DNA of 64,000 bases from a plasmid: the sequence record NZ_CP085281.1; one strand, 5' to 3'. Position numbers and translations under genes: made by a program. Under the pieces are notes generated by a model. That model made no database searches, had not been told where the DNA came from, and saw only the letters and a program-made list of their open reading frames with translations. Positions 1 through 9,882 of the stretch are shown here, one piece after another; position 1 is the first letter of the stretch; each line of letters starts with the position of its first letter.

Positions 1-35
1 CACCGGCAAAGTGACCGGCCCACTACAAAGGGAGT

Positions 36-236
36 TCACGGCGTGGACTTGGCACTACGAGCCGCGTTGATGTGTCGACGTCCGTCTTCGATGGCCCGTA
101 TCGCCGCCAGCTCCGCCTCTGAACGAGCACCCGGTTGGTAGCGGAGGCTTGCGTGGGGGCCGGTGCATCCGTCGAGCAATTTGAGATGTGCGTCGCGATC
201 CTCGGAGTCCATCGTCATCTGCTGGGGCCCTTTCAT
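36..236 (-). CDS. hypothetical small protein (66 aa)
   Basis: ORF whose ATG immediately follows the stop of the upstream 237..533 gene (TGA then ATG). No recognisable motifs. Confidence 0.3.
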   Translation of the reverse strand: MKGPQQMTMDSEDRDAHLKLLDGCTGPHASLRYQPGARSEAELAAIRAIEDGRRHINAARSAKSTP

Positions 237-533
237 TCAGATGAGGCGGTCTATGCCCTCTATGAGGCCGACGCCAGTTTGCTTACGAGCCGAGCCGGGC
301 GGCAGCGGCTCGGAGGTCTTGGTAACGCTGATCCACGCGGCAGGGCTGTAGCGCCGTTCGCACCGACGTTCTCCTGCTCGCTCACTCACCACGGTCACCA
401 CCGCAAGGACCCCATGAGGTTCGATGACGTAGGACTCGCCAGCGTTGGGGTCTATACCGAACTGGTTCCCGTTGGCAAGCTCCACCACGGTCCCAGTGGT
501 CAACGCCGGCGCCGTAGCATCCAGAAAACTCAT
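237..533 (-). CDS. hypothetical protein (99 aa)
   Basis: ATG at 533 preceded by GGAAGGAAAGGA with an 8-nt spacer. The track ORF 237..611 extends further upstream. Confidence 0.4.
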   Translation of the reverse strand: MSFLDATAPALTTGTVVELANGNQFGIDPNAGESYVIEPHGVLAVVTVVSERAGERRCERRYSPAAWISVTKTSEPLPPGSARKQTGVGLIEGIDRLI

Positions 534-689
534 CCCCCGCGTCCTTTCCTTCCATGCCTGTCTCGATGGTAGGTGCCGAGCAGCCGCAACGGCCTGGCAC
601 CGATGGTCCAATGTCGACCGACATCAGCCTGGCCCCACACCACAAGTGCGCGGCTCCAGTCGCGCACCGTGGATCGAGGGACTGGTGTT

Positions 690-1760
690 TCAACTGGCCT
701 TGAGTTTGAGCTGGGCCACGACGCACTCAGCGGGTTCTACGTCGTCGCGGACGCCCAGGAGGACGGGCTGATACAGCGCGCCGCCGTCCGCGGCGTAGAG
801 GTATCGGATCTCGACGACGTCGCCGATCTGTGGGCGGTCCTGGTTGGCGGGGACGGTCACGTTGCCGACGGCCTTCCAGTCGTCGCCGTCGAGCAGGCTG
901 ACGCCTACGCTGCGCTGCTGGTTGACGGTGGTGACCATCGCCGAGATGGTGGCCACGAACTTGAGCTTGAGCTGGGTGCCGCCGCTGTTGGGGCGGCCCT
1001 GCCGGTAGGGGGCATCCCAACGTTTGAACACGACGCCTTCGGCGTTCCGCTCGCGCAGCCGCTCCAGCTGCTCCGACTTATCGCGGCCGTCGCTCCAGCA
1101 GTCCACGTAGCGGATGGCGGCCGCGGGTCCGGCCCCATCGATTAGGTGGGTCAACGTGCGGTAGCGGTCACCGTAGGCCTGCTCGCGTAGATCGAAGCCG
1201 TCGTAAGAGAGCAGATCGAAAACGTGAAGGGTGTCGTCGATGACTTCTCCGTCCAAGATGAAGTCGCCGGGCAGAGCACGGGCAGCCGCGGCGACGGGCG
1301 CCGCGACACCCGCGATCAGACCCAGCTTGTTGATCCCCTCAACGGCGCCACCGACCTTGCGTAACATCAGGCGCCGGCCGTCGAACTTCTCTTGCATGAC
1401 CCATTGGGGGTCGGCCACGATGCGATCGACCTCGGTGTCGCTGATGACGTTGAGCAGTTGAGGCAGCACCCCACTGACGCGGCCCGCCTGCTCGCTGTGA
1501 AGGTAGGGCGTACCGCTAGCGCCGACCGTGTAGCCCTTGGATCGCTTCTCGGACACCAGCTTGTCGAAGATTCGGACGGCAGTGGCGTGGTCGACCGGGG
1601 CCTTGGTTTTGGTGCCGGTGGACAGCGTTCCCATGCGTCGGCCGTAGGCGACGTTCACCAGATACCCGCCGCCGTCGACTGCGTCGATTCGTGCGTGATA
1701 GACCTTGTCGCTGGAGCCGGACTTGTAGTAGAGGCTCACAGATTGCGTGCTATTTTCCAT
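690..1760 (-). CDS. ATP-dependent DNA ligase with N-terminal WGR domain
   Basis: Ligase motifs: KFDGRR (motif I, KxDG), FILDGEVI (motif III), EGVVFK (motif IV), LKLKF (motif V). N-terminal WGR-like segment 'SVSLYYKSGSSDKVYHARI'. ATG at 1760 with AAGGGA RBS; the track ORF extends to 1844. Confidence 0.8.
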   Translation of the reverse strand: MENSTQSVSLYYKSGSSDKVYHARIDAVDGGGYLVNVAYGRRMGTLSTGTKTKAPVDHATAVRIFDKLVSEKRSKGYTVGASGTPYLHSEQAGRVSGVLPQLLNVISDTEVDRIVADPQWVMQEKFDGRRLMLRKVGGAVEGINKLGLIAGVAAPVAAAARALPGDFILDGEVIDDTLHVFDLLSYDGFDLREQAYGDRYRTLTHLIDGAGPAAAIRYVDCWSDGRDKSEQLERLRERNAEGVVFKRWDAPYRQGRPNSGGTQLKLKFVATISAMVTTVNQQRSVGVSLLDGDDWKAVGNVTVPANQDRPQIGDVVEIRYLYAADGGALYQPVLLGVRDDVEPAECVVAQLKLKAS

Positions 1761-1886
1761 GCTGCTATTCCCTTTGTTGGTGAGCAGACGCGCACGCCTG
1801 CCCGGATGATCTTTCTGCTCGATTCTATAGTGCGGGACCGACATTCAGGTCCGCGCAGCCCGACCCGTGGCTGCGCGGACCGGGCG

Positions 1887-2159
1887 TCAATCTGCCGTCC
1901 ACACCACGTGCGCAGCCGTGCACTGTTCGACGTAGTGCATGCTGAGGTCTGCACTGCTGATGAACCGCAGCGGGCAGGTGTCAGCCCATACCTCCGGCAG
2001 CGTTTCGATCGGATGGATATCCGCGTCGGTGAAGCCGCAGTCGAGCATGATGTCCCGATCGCCTCCCCAGACGATCAGGTAGACCTTGTGGCAGCCGTCG
2101 TAGGCGAATTCGGTGGCTTCGACGACCGCTCCGTTGATGGTGAGCACCCCGTTGCTCAC
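1887..2159 (-). CDS. hypothetical protein (~90 aa)
   Basis: GTG start overlaps the upstream stop as GTGA at 2156-2159. No known motifs. Confidence 0.35.
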   Translation of the reverse strand: MSNGVLTINGAVVEATEFAYDGCHKVYLIVWGGDRDIMLDCGFTDADIHPIETLPEVWADTCPLRFISSADLSMHYVEQCTAAHVVWTAD

Positions 2160-2539
2160 TTTGCGTCCTCCAGCGTGCGGAGGTGGTTGAGGGTCAGGTA
2201 CGGGTTGTAGGAACCCGGCCAGGGCGAGTCGTCGTTGAGGAAGGCCCCCGAGGGCAGCCACCCGATGGCGTAGTCCAGCTCCGGGTCGTCTAGTTCCTCG
2301 CCACCCCACGCGGTGCCGAGATGTCTTGCGTAGGAGGGGAGGTGGTTCTCATCATCGACGTAAACACGTGCCTCGGGGTCGATTTTGAGAGCCACCATGC
2401 GTTCGATAGCGTTGGCGATCGCCTCGCGTTCCTGACCGGTCATGCGATCGGATGCACCGGCACCCTTATGCATCGACTTCTGGTTGGGGTCGCCGTCCTG
2501 GGCGTGGTTGTGATCAGTCTTTGTCGTTGAATCCAGCAT
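2156..2539 (-). CDS. hypothetical protein (127 aa)
   Basis: Clean ORF, translationally coupled to the downstream gene. Confidence 0.45.
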   Translation of the reverse strand: MLDSTTKTDHNHAQDGDPNQKSMHKGAGASDRMTGQEREAIANAIERMVALKIDPEARVYVDDENHLPSYARHLGTAWGGEELDDPELDYAIGWLPSGAFLNDDSPWPGSYNPYLTLNHLRTLEDAK

Positions 2540-2774
2540 CTGCTTCCCTTCGAGGGCTCAGTGACCAAATGCGCACATCTGGCCGGTTGTATGTCGTTGT
2601 CCGACAGCACCCATTCTACGGCTGCCCACTGACATCCCGACCGATTGGCGTCGGCCGTGGAGTGGCCCGGGTGATTCCCATCCGCCGATAGTGGGTCGTC
2701 ACGCCGCCTCCGTGACAACCACTTTCGCGCGAGCGCCCGGCGGCAGCGCAACACCACAGAGCGCTCTCGGGCGA

Positions 2775-3761
2775 TTAGGTGCTCGTCCAGGCGTCCTGAA
2801 GGGCACGTGTTCCCGCGATCGCATCCTTGAGCGTTGGCGCGGTCTGGAGTTGGTCGAGTAGGACCCAGAGCCGAGATGACGGGTAGATTCCGGCGCCGTT
2901 GGGGATCGGTTCGAGCGGGGGGATTCTGGGCCCGAGGTCGTACACGGCGTGTGGCCGGTCGCTGGCGTCCCCTTCTGGGAGGTATGGGTACCGGTCGCGG
3001 ATGGTGGGGACGACGTCGGCCCGCATGACGCGGTGGATACGCTGCACGGCCCCGCCCCACCGGAACGCCATGAAGTTTGGTGGGTCGGTGGGCCATCCAC
3101 CCATACCGTAGGGGTGGAAATAGCTGAGCTGCTCGGTGACGAACTCCCGAAACGTTGGGGTGTCTTCACCACCCGGGCGGTCCTCGCTGAGGACCACGCT
3201 ATAAACCAAACTGTCGGCCACTGTGCGCACGCGTATCACTTCCATCAGGTAGGTGTGAAGCTCTTCAAGCCAGATGCGTTCGCGCCCACGGGATATCGTG
3301 CGGGCTTCTGTGATGTCAGCGAGGACGTCGCGCCACGGCAGGTGCACCACGGGGACACCTTGGATCTCCTTCGGCAGTTGCGTCTCGGCGAGCGCGGCAG
3401 AGGCTTGGGATAGTGACACCAATGCGCCCGACCCGTATCGGTGGATTCGTGTGACGTACTGGGCCAGCTGCGTTGGCGTGGGGAGCAGCCAGTCACGCTT
3501 GGCTTCGAAGATCACCAGCGCCGAGCTGGCGGGCAGTCTCACCTCAAGATCGGTCCGTCCGACTTCGGCACGAACTTCCAATGCGAAGCTGACGTCTTCA
3601 TCACCACCCAGGTGCGGCCAGACGCGGCTGAGCACGGCGCCGCTGAGCGCGGTGCAGCGCGCCATGGTGAACCCGAGTGCTGCTGTCAGATCGTTTTCGT
3701 TCTGGCCGAGCAGGCTGAACGCTGATCCCACCTCGGATCCGTATCGCGTCAACGACGCCAC
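2775..3761 (-). CDS. hypothetical protein (328 aa), possible PD-(D/E)xK-like motif
   Basis: GTG start at 3761. Contains '...ALVIFEAKRD...' resembling a nuclease E-x-K motif. Otherwise unknown. Confidence 0.5.
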   Translation of the reverse strand: MASLTRYGSEVGSAFSLLGQNENDLTAALGFTMARCTALSGAVLSRVWPHLGGDEDVSFALEVRAEVGRTDLEVRLPASSALVIFEAKRDWLLPTPTQLAQYVTRIHRYGSGALVSLSQASAALAETQLPKEIQGVPVVHLPWRDVLADITEARTISRGRERIWLEELHTYLMEVIRVRTVADSLVYSVVLSEDRPGGEDTPTFREFVTEQLSYFHPYGMGGWPTDPPNFMAFRWGGAVQRIHRVMRADVVPTIRDRYPYLPEGDASDRPHAVYDLGPRIPPLEPIPNGAGIYPSSRLWVLLDQLQTAPTLKDAIAGTRALQDAWTST

Positions 3762-4082
3762 GCCGTCTCCTCACTGGGTCCTGGGCCGAAGCCTCGGCGT
3801 GCCGGGCCGGGCGGCGGCACAACCGGGGGGACCTGTCATCATGCCTGGTCGGGGCCTCAGGTGTCCTGCACCTCGCCCTGCTGCTGATCCGGAAATTGCC
3901 CGGCCAGGTTCGCTGCGCTGACCCTGCCTGCGGGTCGAAGACGGCCTCGCGAGCGTTGCGAGGAGATGTTCTGTCGAACAGCGTGAACGTGGCGGCACTG
4001 GCTCAGCACCAAAGTCGGTAATACTTGCATTTCGCAACATCAGGGATGGACCCGTCGATCGAGGAGAGCTGCAGATCAAGCC

Positions 4083-6182
4083 ATGGCTTTGAGCGTGGGA
4101 ACGGTGGTAGCTGGCTACACGATCGAAGCGGTCCTCGGTGCCGGCGGTATGGGGACCGTCTACCGTGCTGCCCATCCGAGCCTCCCGCGCAGTGACGCGC
4201 TCAAGATCTTGTCCGAGGAGTTGTCCCGTGACGAGGAGATCCGTAGTCGATTTCAGCGCGAGGCCGACCTGGCCGCCACGCTGAGCCATCCCAACATCGT
4301 CACCGTCTACAACCGGGGTGAGACAGACGACGGGCGGCTCTGGATCGCGATGCAGTACGTCCCAGGCACCGACGCTGAACGGCAACTCCGGGACGGGCAC
4401 ATGACACCCGTACAGGCTGTGCGCATCATCGGCGACGTCGCCACCGCCCTGGACTACGCCCACCGGCGCCTGATCCTGCACCGTGACATCAAGCCCGCCA
4501 ACTTCCTCCTCGACGCCGACGAAGGCCGCGTCTTCCTTGCTGACTTCGGCATCGCCCGGGCGCTCGACGATGCCGCTGGGCTGACACGAACGGGAACCGT
4601 GATGGCCAGCATCTCCTACACGGCTCCCGAGAGCCTCAAGGCCCTTCCCGCCGACCACCGTGCCGACATCTACTCCCTTGGCTGCGCGCTCTACCAGCTG
4701 CTCACCGGCAGGACGCCGTTCTTCCAGGCGCAGGCCGGAGGAATGGCCGCCGTCGTCTCAGCTCACCTCTTCGAGGCACCCCCGAAGGCCACCGACTTAG
4801 CGCCGGCGCTACCCGCGGCCGTTGACGCGGTGATCGCCAAGGCAATGGCCAAGGACCCCTCCGAGCGCTACCAGAGTGCGCGGGAACTCGCCGCTGACGC
4901 TGCGGCAGCCATCGCGGCCCCGACCGGGGTCCCGTCACACACCCAGCCGTGGCGCACTGCCGACACCTCGCCTGGCCCCGGGCCGGCGGGGCCGGTCACC
5001 TCGGCAAGCACCCCGCTTGCGCCCTCGACTCCGCCGCCGCCTCCTGATCCCGCACCGCTGCCGGCGGAGCCCGAGCTGGCGCCCCCATCACCCTTCGAGT
5101 CGGACCACCCCAGCCCTGTCCGTCCCCGTCCTGCCATCGGCCCCCCACTGCCCGCTCCACCTTCGCCATACGAATCGGCGCCACCACCGCGCCCGCCTGC
5201 CAGCGCACCTCCGGCACCCTCGCGAAGACCGCGCCGCCGCCGCTGGGTCATCGCCTCGGCCGCGACGCTGGTCGTGGCGCTGGTCGCTGCGGTTGGCGGC
5301 TACTTTCTGCTCAGCCAGCCCCAGCAGAACCTCTACACGCCGCAGACGTTTCGCCACGCACACGGCGAAACCAAGATCACGACCGCACCGACCGCCGTCG
5401 CCGCGCTGGGTCCTGGTGACGCGGACGCCGTGCTGTCCCTCGGAGTGCAGCCAGTGGCGGTGACCGCCCCCGCCGCGACCCTGCCCGACTTCGAGCGCTC
5501 CGCCGTCACGGCCAACCCTGCCGTCCTGGGCTCGATCGACACCGCCGCCGTCTCCAAGGTTCGCCCCGACCTGATCATTGCCACCGGTGACATCGACGAC
5601 GCCACCTTCCGCAAGCTCGCCGAGATCGCGCCGACGATCACCCGGCCCGCAGACAAGACCAGTGACAACTGGGACTGGCAAAGTCAGCTGACCTGGATCG
5701 GCCGCATCCTGGGACAGCCCGACAAGGCCCGTGAACTGATCGATGCGACGCTGTCGCGACAGAACGACTTGGCCAACCAGAACCCGGCGTTCAAGGGAAA
5801 ATCAATCGAGGTGCTTGACGTCACCGACACCGGCATCGCCCGTGTTCTCGCACCCTCATTCGTCTCTGATTACCTGCAATCACTCGGTTTTCGCTACAGC
5901 GAGGATGCCAATCGCAACCCTGTCGACGTGGGCGCCACGCGCCCCATCCAGGACCTCAATCAGCTCTACACCATCGAACCGGACTACCTCGTCCTCGTCC
6001 GCACCGACGCCGCGGCTGGCAAGGGCGGGCTCAGCGGGCTACCGCGCGAACTGTCGGCCTACTCGGGCCGCATCATGGCTGTCGATGACTCCACCACCAT
6101 CGCGGCCCTGGCCGACCCTGGCGGTTACCTCGCGGTCAAGTACCTCGATGACCACCTCGTCGGAGCCCTCGCCAAAGCATGA
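4083..6182 (+). CDS. Hanks-type Ser/Thr protein kinase with C-terminal FecB-like periplasmic substrate-binding domain
   Basis: Kinase motifs: GAGGMGTVY (Gly loop), [12 protein letters not shown] (catalytic loop), DFGIA, APE. Pro-rich linker, one TM helix ([20 protein letters not shown]), then a ~290-aa domain resembling ABC siderophore-binding proteins ('LGVQPVAV', 'DLIIATGD'). Confidence 0.9.
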   Translation: MALSVGTVVAGYTIEAVLGAGGMGTVYRAAHPSLPRSDALKILSEELSRDEEIRSRFQREADLAATLSHPNIVTVYNRGETDDGRLWIAMQYVPGTDAERQLRDGHMTPVQAVRIIGDVATALDYAHRRLILHRDIKPANFLLDADEGRVFLADFGIARALDDAAGLTRTGTVMASISYTAPESLKALPADHRADIYSLGCALYQLLTGRTPFFQAQAGGMAAVVSAHLFEAPPKATDLAPALPAAVDAVIAKAMAKDPSERYQSARELAADAAAAIAAPTGVPSHTQPWRTADTSPGPGPAGPVTSASTPLAPSTPPPPPDPAPLPAEPELAPPSPFESDHPSPVRPRPAIGPPLPAPPSPYESAPPPRPPASAPPAPSRRPRRRRWVIASAATLVVALVAAVGGYFLLSQPQQNLYTPQTFRHAHGETKITTAPTAVAALGPGDADAVLSLGVQPVAVTAPAATLPDFERSAVTANPAVLGSIDTAAVSKVRPDLIIATGDIDDATFRKLAEIAPTITRPADKTSDNWDWQSQLTWIGRILGQPDKARELIDATLSRQNDLANQNPAFKGKSIEVLDVTDTGIARVLAPSFVSDYLQSLGFRYSEDANRNPVDVGATRPIQDLNQLYTIEPDYLVLVRTDAAAGKGGLSGLPRELSAYSGRIMAVDDSTTIAALADPGGYLAVKYLDDHLVGALAKA

Positions 6183-6324
6183 GCGCGCCGAAAAGGTGGG
6201 GAACGGGATAACACCTTGGCCCCAACGGTCGGGTTGTGAACCGAACTCGTTCGCCCTGTCGGCACAGCTACGTAAGGTCGATCATCGCTCCCCGTTACTA
6301 GCTCGTCGAGTGGATTGAGAGCCA

Positions 6325-7008
6325 ATGTCCACAACCGTGCCGTCGCTCCTGGCCGCCGCACTGACCGAACCACCGCGTCCGCAACACGCCTTCGTGTGGG
6401 ATCCGGCCGGGTGGCACGCCGAGATGCATGATCTTCCTGAAGTCCGGGAGATGCTGGATGACCTACCGGGGAGGGTCGATCGTGAGCTGATCCGCCAGAA
6501 GGTGCTGAACGAACTTGACGAGGGTCACGTCATCTCAGCGTTTGTCAGTGCGATGGTGTGGGGTTACGGCGATCGCGGATACGGCCCGGTGCGCGTGCGG
6601 TGGGTGCTCACCGGTGTGAAGCAGGGCGCCCATGCGGCGTCGGTACGCGGCGATGTCCCCGGGCTTTTGAGCGACGCTGTCGAGGTGGTGCGCGCCGACG
6701 GTGCCGTCGAAGGTTTCCGTTTCATGGCCAATGCCGGCCGCCTTAAGTACCTTGCGAGTGCCTTCTTCACGAAATGGCTCTATTTCGCCTCTGCGTTGGA
6801 CAGCCCAGATGACCCCCGCGCGGCTCCGATCCTGGACAAGCAGGTGCACGATTGGCTCGATGAGCACGCCGGCGTGACTCTCGACATCGGTCGTACCCAT
6901 GAATATCGGCGCTATCTCGGCGTGCTGACTGAGTGGGGCGATCAGTTCGGACGGACCCCGGTCCAGGTCGAGCAAGTGATCTTCAGCCTGGCCACCGGGC
7001 GAGGTTGA
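6325..7008 (+). CDS. hypothetical protein (227 aa)
   Basis: Clean ORF with protein-like composition. No diagnostic motif recognised. Confidence 0.5.
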   Translation: MSTTVPSLLAAALTEPPRPQHAFVWDPAGWHAEMHDLPEVREMLDDLPGRVDRELIRQKVLNELDEGHVISAFVSAMVWGYGDRGYGPVRVRWVLTGVKQGAHAASVRGDVPGLLSDAVEVVRADGAVEGFRFMANAGRLKYLASAFFTKWLYFASALDSPDDPRAAPILDKQVHDWLDEHAGVTLDIGRTHEYRRYLGVLTEWGDQFGRTPVQVEQVIFSLATGRG

Positions 7009-7144
7009 AGCAAAAGTAGGTGAGCGGGCAAAGTGACACGAATTTGAGAATTACCCTGTGTCACAACGCAAGCGAAGGCTGCAATCGCTGCATGTCAGTC
7101 CACTGATGAGACATCCCTACAAGAACTCACTGGCGCACGCCAGG

Positions 7145-7492
7145 TCACGCCGGGGTGTCCAGGAGGTTGAGCAGCGTGAACCGCGCGTCGATATCGGAGG
7201 GGTCGTCGTGCAGTTCGTCGCAGGCAATCTTGATGCGGCGAGCACGCAGCCGGGCCTCGCGAAGGCCCGGGGTCGAGCGCAACAGGAGGTCCCGCATTTT
7301 CTCCTGGGCCTCGCGATCCAACGGGGTGCAGTACAGGTCGTCGCACACGACCTGGAGGTGCCGCAGCGCCGTCGAACCACCACCGTCGCCGGCATCGACA
7401 TCCACATCGACCGCATCGTCGACTAGGTCGTCGATGCCGATGCGCGGGCTCATCATCGGGACAGAGGGGTGACGGTGCTGCATGTCGGCCAT
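7145..7492 (-). CDS. hypothetical acidic protein (115 aa)
   Basis: ATG at 7492 with a weak RBS. Aspartate-rich N-terminal region. The track ORF extends to 7627. Confidence 0.4.
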   Translation of the reverse strand: MADMQHRHPSVPMMSPRIGIDDLVDDAVDVDVDAGDGGGSTALRHLQVVCDDLYCTPLDREAQEKMRDLLLRSTPGLREARLRARRIKIACDELHDDPSDIDARFTLLNLLDTPA

Positions 7493-7732
7493 CACGATCC
7501 CTTTCGTTCGTGGCATCCGCCTCACGATCGGCGACGCTTTCACTTTGCGACTGTAAACGATAGCGTTGCGAATGCCAAGTGATAGCGGCGCGGTGTATCG
7601 GCAATCAGCGGAGATCGCCACCCTCACGTGTTCGACCTGGGCAAACAGCTGTCCAACGTGCGACGTTGGACGCCAGGCCCCCGGGGTCGCGCACTGTCGA
7701 GTTCAAACACCGAGTGAGCGCGCAGTGCTAGC

Positions 7733-8887
7733 ATGCATTTAGCGGCGCATCTTGCGCAGGCAACACCACGACCAACGGAGGCGGAACGCGTGATCGACTC
7801 GCCCGCGTCACCTCCCGACCTGACCATCGACTGCGCGGGCTCCGCCCCCCTCACGGTGCAGGCCCAAGACGCGCCCATCACGATCGGGCGCGAGCTACCC
7901 GCACACATCCGGATCCCCGACCCACGGGTATCGCGGACGCACCTGCACATCGAGGTCACCGAGGCCGGCTGGACGGTCACGGATGCGCGCAGCAGAAACG
8001 GCACCTACCGCGACGGCCATCCCATCGACCGCCTTGCGATCACCGACGGACTCACCGTGTGCATTGGTAACCCCGACGGGATACCAGTCGCGTTCACCCT
8101 GACTCCCACCGCTCGACCAAAAAGTCACCCCAGGACCGCCGATGTCGACGTGGATGACGACGACTTCACCGACGACACGGCATCCCTTCAAGCTCTCGAC
8201 CCGGGCATCGCGGCCGCCGGCGCAGAGGTAGTCAAGCGCCGTGAAGAATTGGGCTTCTCCCAACGAAAACTCAAGGACGACGGCGTCATTGGCCAAAGCA
8301 ACCTCGTCGCCTTCGAACGCGGCCGGCGTTGGCCACGGGACAGCACCAGAGCCAAACTCGAGAAGGCCCTCGGCTGGGAGCCTGGCCACCTGGCGCGAGT
8401 CCGTTACGCCGCCGGCGACCCCGACGAAACGACCGATGCCATGTCCGACACGGTCCGCGTCACGGTCCTCGTCCAAGCCCTCGAACTGGCCCTCGATGGC
8501 ATCAAGGCACGTATCGGCAAGCTACCTTCCGACGCCGACGCAGCCTTCGCCGACCAAGCCGAACAACTGCTCGGTGAGCTTCGCCGCGTCCAGGACACGG
8601 CCACCGACACCGTGCGCACCACCCGAAGCCCAGGCATGGCCCGACTTCTCGGTGACGTCCGGCGCACCTACAACCAGCTCGTCATGCGCGCCGCCCAGGT
8701 ACCAGGCGCCTCGTTGAGCTATCGGCTCTACGCTGCGCGCCACCGGGCCGAACTGTCCGTGGATGAAACGGCCGCCGCAGCGGGAGTCGATGTCTCTCAC
8801 GTCACCGCCGTCGAAGCCGGTCACCGCGTTCCCGAGGACGTCATCGAGTCCCTGGATGCGCTCGCCAGTCAACTGCTCGACGCCTAG
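7733..8887 (+). CDS. FHA-domain protein with two XRE-type HTH domains
   Basis: FHA signature 'ITIGR...SRTHL...NGTY'. Two HTH_XRE-like segments: 'LGFSQRKLKD...SNLVAFERG' and 'LSVDETAAAAGVDVSHVTAVEAG'. Confidence 0.75.
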   Translation: MHLAAHLAQATPRPTEAERVIDSPASPPDLTIDCAGSAPLTVQAQDAPITIGRELPAHIRIPDPRVSRTHLHIEVTEAGWTVTDARSRNGTYRDGHPIDRLAITDGLTVCIGNPDGIPVAFTLTPTARPKSHPRTADVDVDDDDFTDDTASLQALDPGIAAAGAEVVKRREELGFSQRKLKDDGVIGQSNLVAFERGRRWPRDSTRAKLEKALGWEPGHLARVRYAAGDPDETTDAMSDTVRVTVLVQALELALDGIKARIGKLPSDADAAFADQAEQLLGELRRVQDTATDTVRTTRSPGMARLLGDVRRTYNQLVMRAAQVPGASLSYRLYAARHRAELSVDETAAAAGVDVSHVTAVEAGHRVPEDVIESLDALASQLLDA

Positions 8888-8898
8888 ATCATCCCGCG

Positions 8899-9669
8899 TC
8901 AGTCCGGCGGTAGCTTCACCGCGATGCGGTCGACAACCGTATTGGCCATGCCCGCCGAATCACCGTTGCCACACACGATCGCTTCGACGGTGACGTTGGA
9001 CCGCGCCAACGCCGCGTGATAGCAACCCCGCACGGGCGCTTCCTGCCGGTCCGCTCCAGCGCCAGCGCGTACAGCGCTCATGCCTGCCCGGTCCACGCCG
9101 TCGCTGCTCACCGCAGTAGGCATCCAGTGCTGTGTCACGCGACCATCCGTCGTCGTAAATGGCTGCCCCGCCGGGCAATACCCGAACATCTTGACGAAGT
9201 CGGCAACCACCACTCCCGGCTGGTGCTTGTCCACGAACACGGTGATGAGTTGAGCCACGATCTGGCCGCGTGCGCCCTTGATCCTGTTGCCACTGACCGC
9301 TTGATACTTCGCCGCCGCGATCGCCTGATTGAGCAGAAGTCGCGGTGCGCAGCTCCCCGGTTCGACACCGGTCGACAGCTCCCACGGGTGGGTGAACTCG
9401 GCGAGGGGACGCATGTCGGTGTCCCCGACGATCTGCGCCAGGTCGGCAGTCTTCAGCAGCGCTGCTTGAGCGGCCGGCGCGGTGACGAACGCGGGTAGGG
9501 CGGGCGTCTCACTGGGAGTCGACGTCGCCGGCGACTCCACCGCGGCCGTCGAACGCTCGGTGGCCCCATTGGTCGCGGAGGGGCTGCTGCCGCACCCGAC
9601 GAGCACCATCGTCAGGACTGTCACACCGATGAGGGCCGGCGTTCGGCGCCCTCGCAGCGCGGTGCTCAC
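8899..9669 (-). CDS. lipoprotein with PknH-like extracellular sensor domain
   Basis: Signal peptide plus lipobox 'LVGCGSS'. Paired Cys residues and a fold-like pattern typical of PknH-like sensor-domain lipoproteins. Convergent with the FHA gene. Confidence 0.65.
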   Translation of the reverse strand: MSTALRGRRTPALIGVTVLTMVLVGCGSSPSATNGATERSTAAVESPATSTPSETPALPAFVTAPAAQAALLKTADLAQIVGDTDMRPLAEFTHPWELSTGVEPGSCAPRLLLNQAIAAAKYQAVSGNRIKGARGQIVAQLITVFVDKHQPGVVVADFVKMFGYCPAGQPFTTTDGRVTQHWMPTAVSSDGVDRAGMSAVRAGAGADRQEAPVRGCYHAALARSNVTVEAIVCGNGDSAGMANTVVDRIAVKLPPD

Positions 9670-9882
9670 CAGTCCTGCCGGCAGAGCCGCCCGGCGTCGT
9701 CACGAGTACTTGCCGTGATGGCGACGGGGCGGCTATCAGTCATCACGCGGAGAATAGTCGAAGGCCACCGATGCCAAGGAGATCGCGCGGAGGTGCCGGG
9801 CACGGGCGAAAGAGCATCGATCAGCCGCTTCACACATTGCCTTCGCTTGTGGTGGTGCGGGATGAATGCGGAAGGTGGCGCT

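Noticed and set aside
573-1145. Plus-strand ORFs (573..1145, 727..1020, 905..1138) overlapping the ligase gene
   Set aside because: Antisense shadow ORFs typical of high-GC DNA. The ligase on the minus strand carries clear catalytic motifs, whereas these are low-complexity R/P/A-rich.
3771-4658. 295-aa minus-strand ORF overlapping the kinase 5' region
   Set aside because: Opposite-strand shadow of the well-supported STPK gene, with Gly/Arg-rich junk composition.
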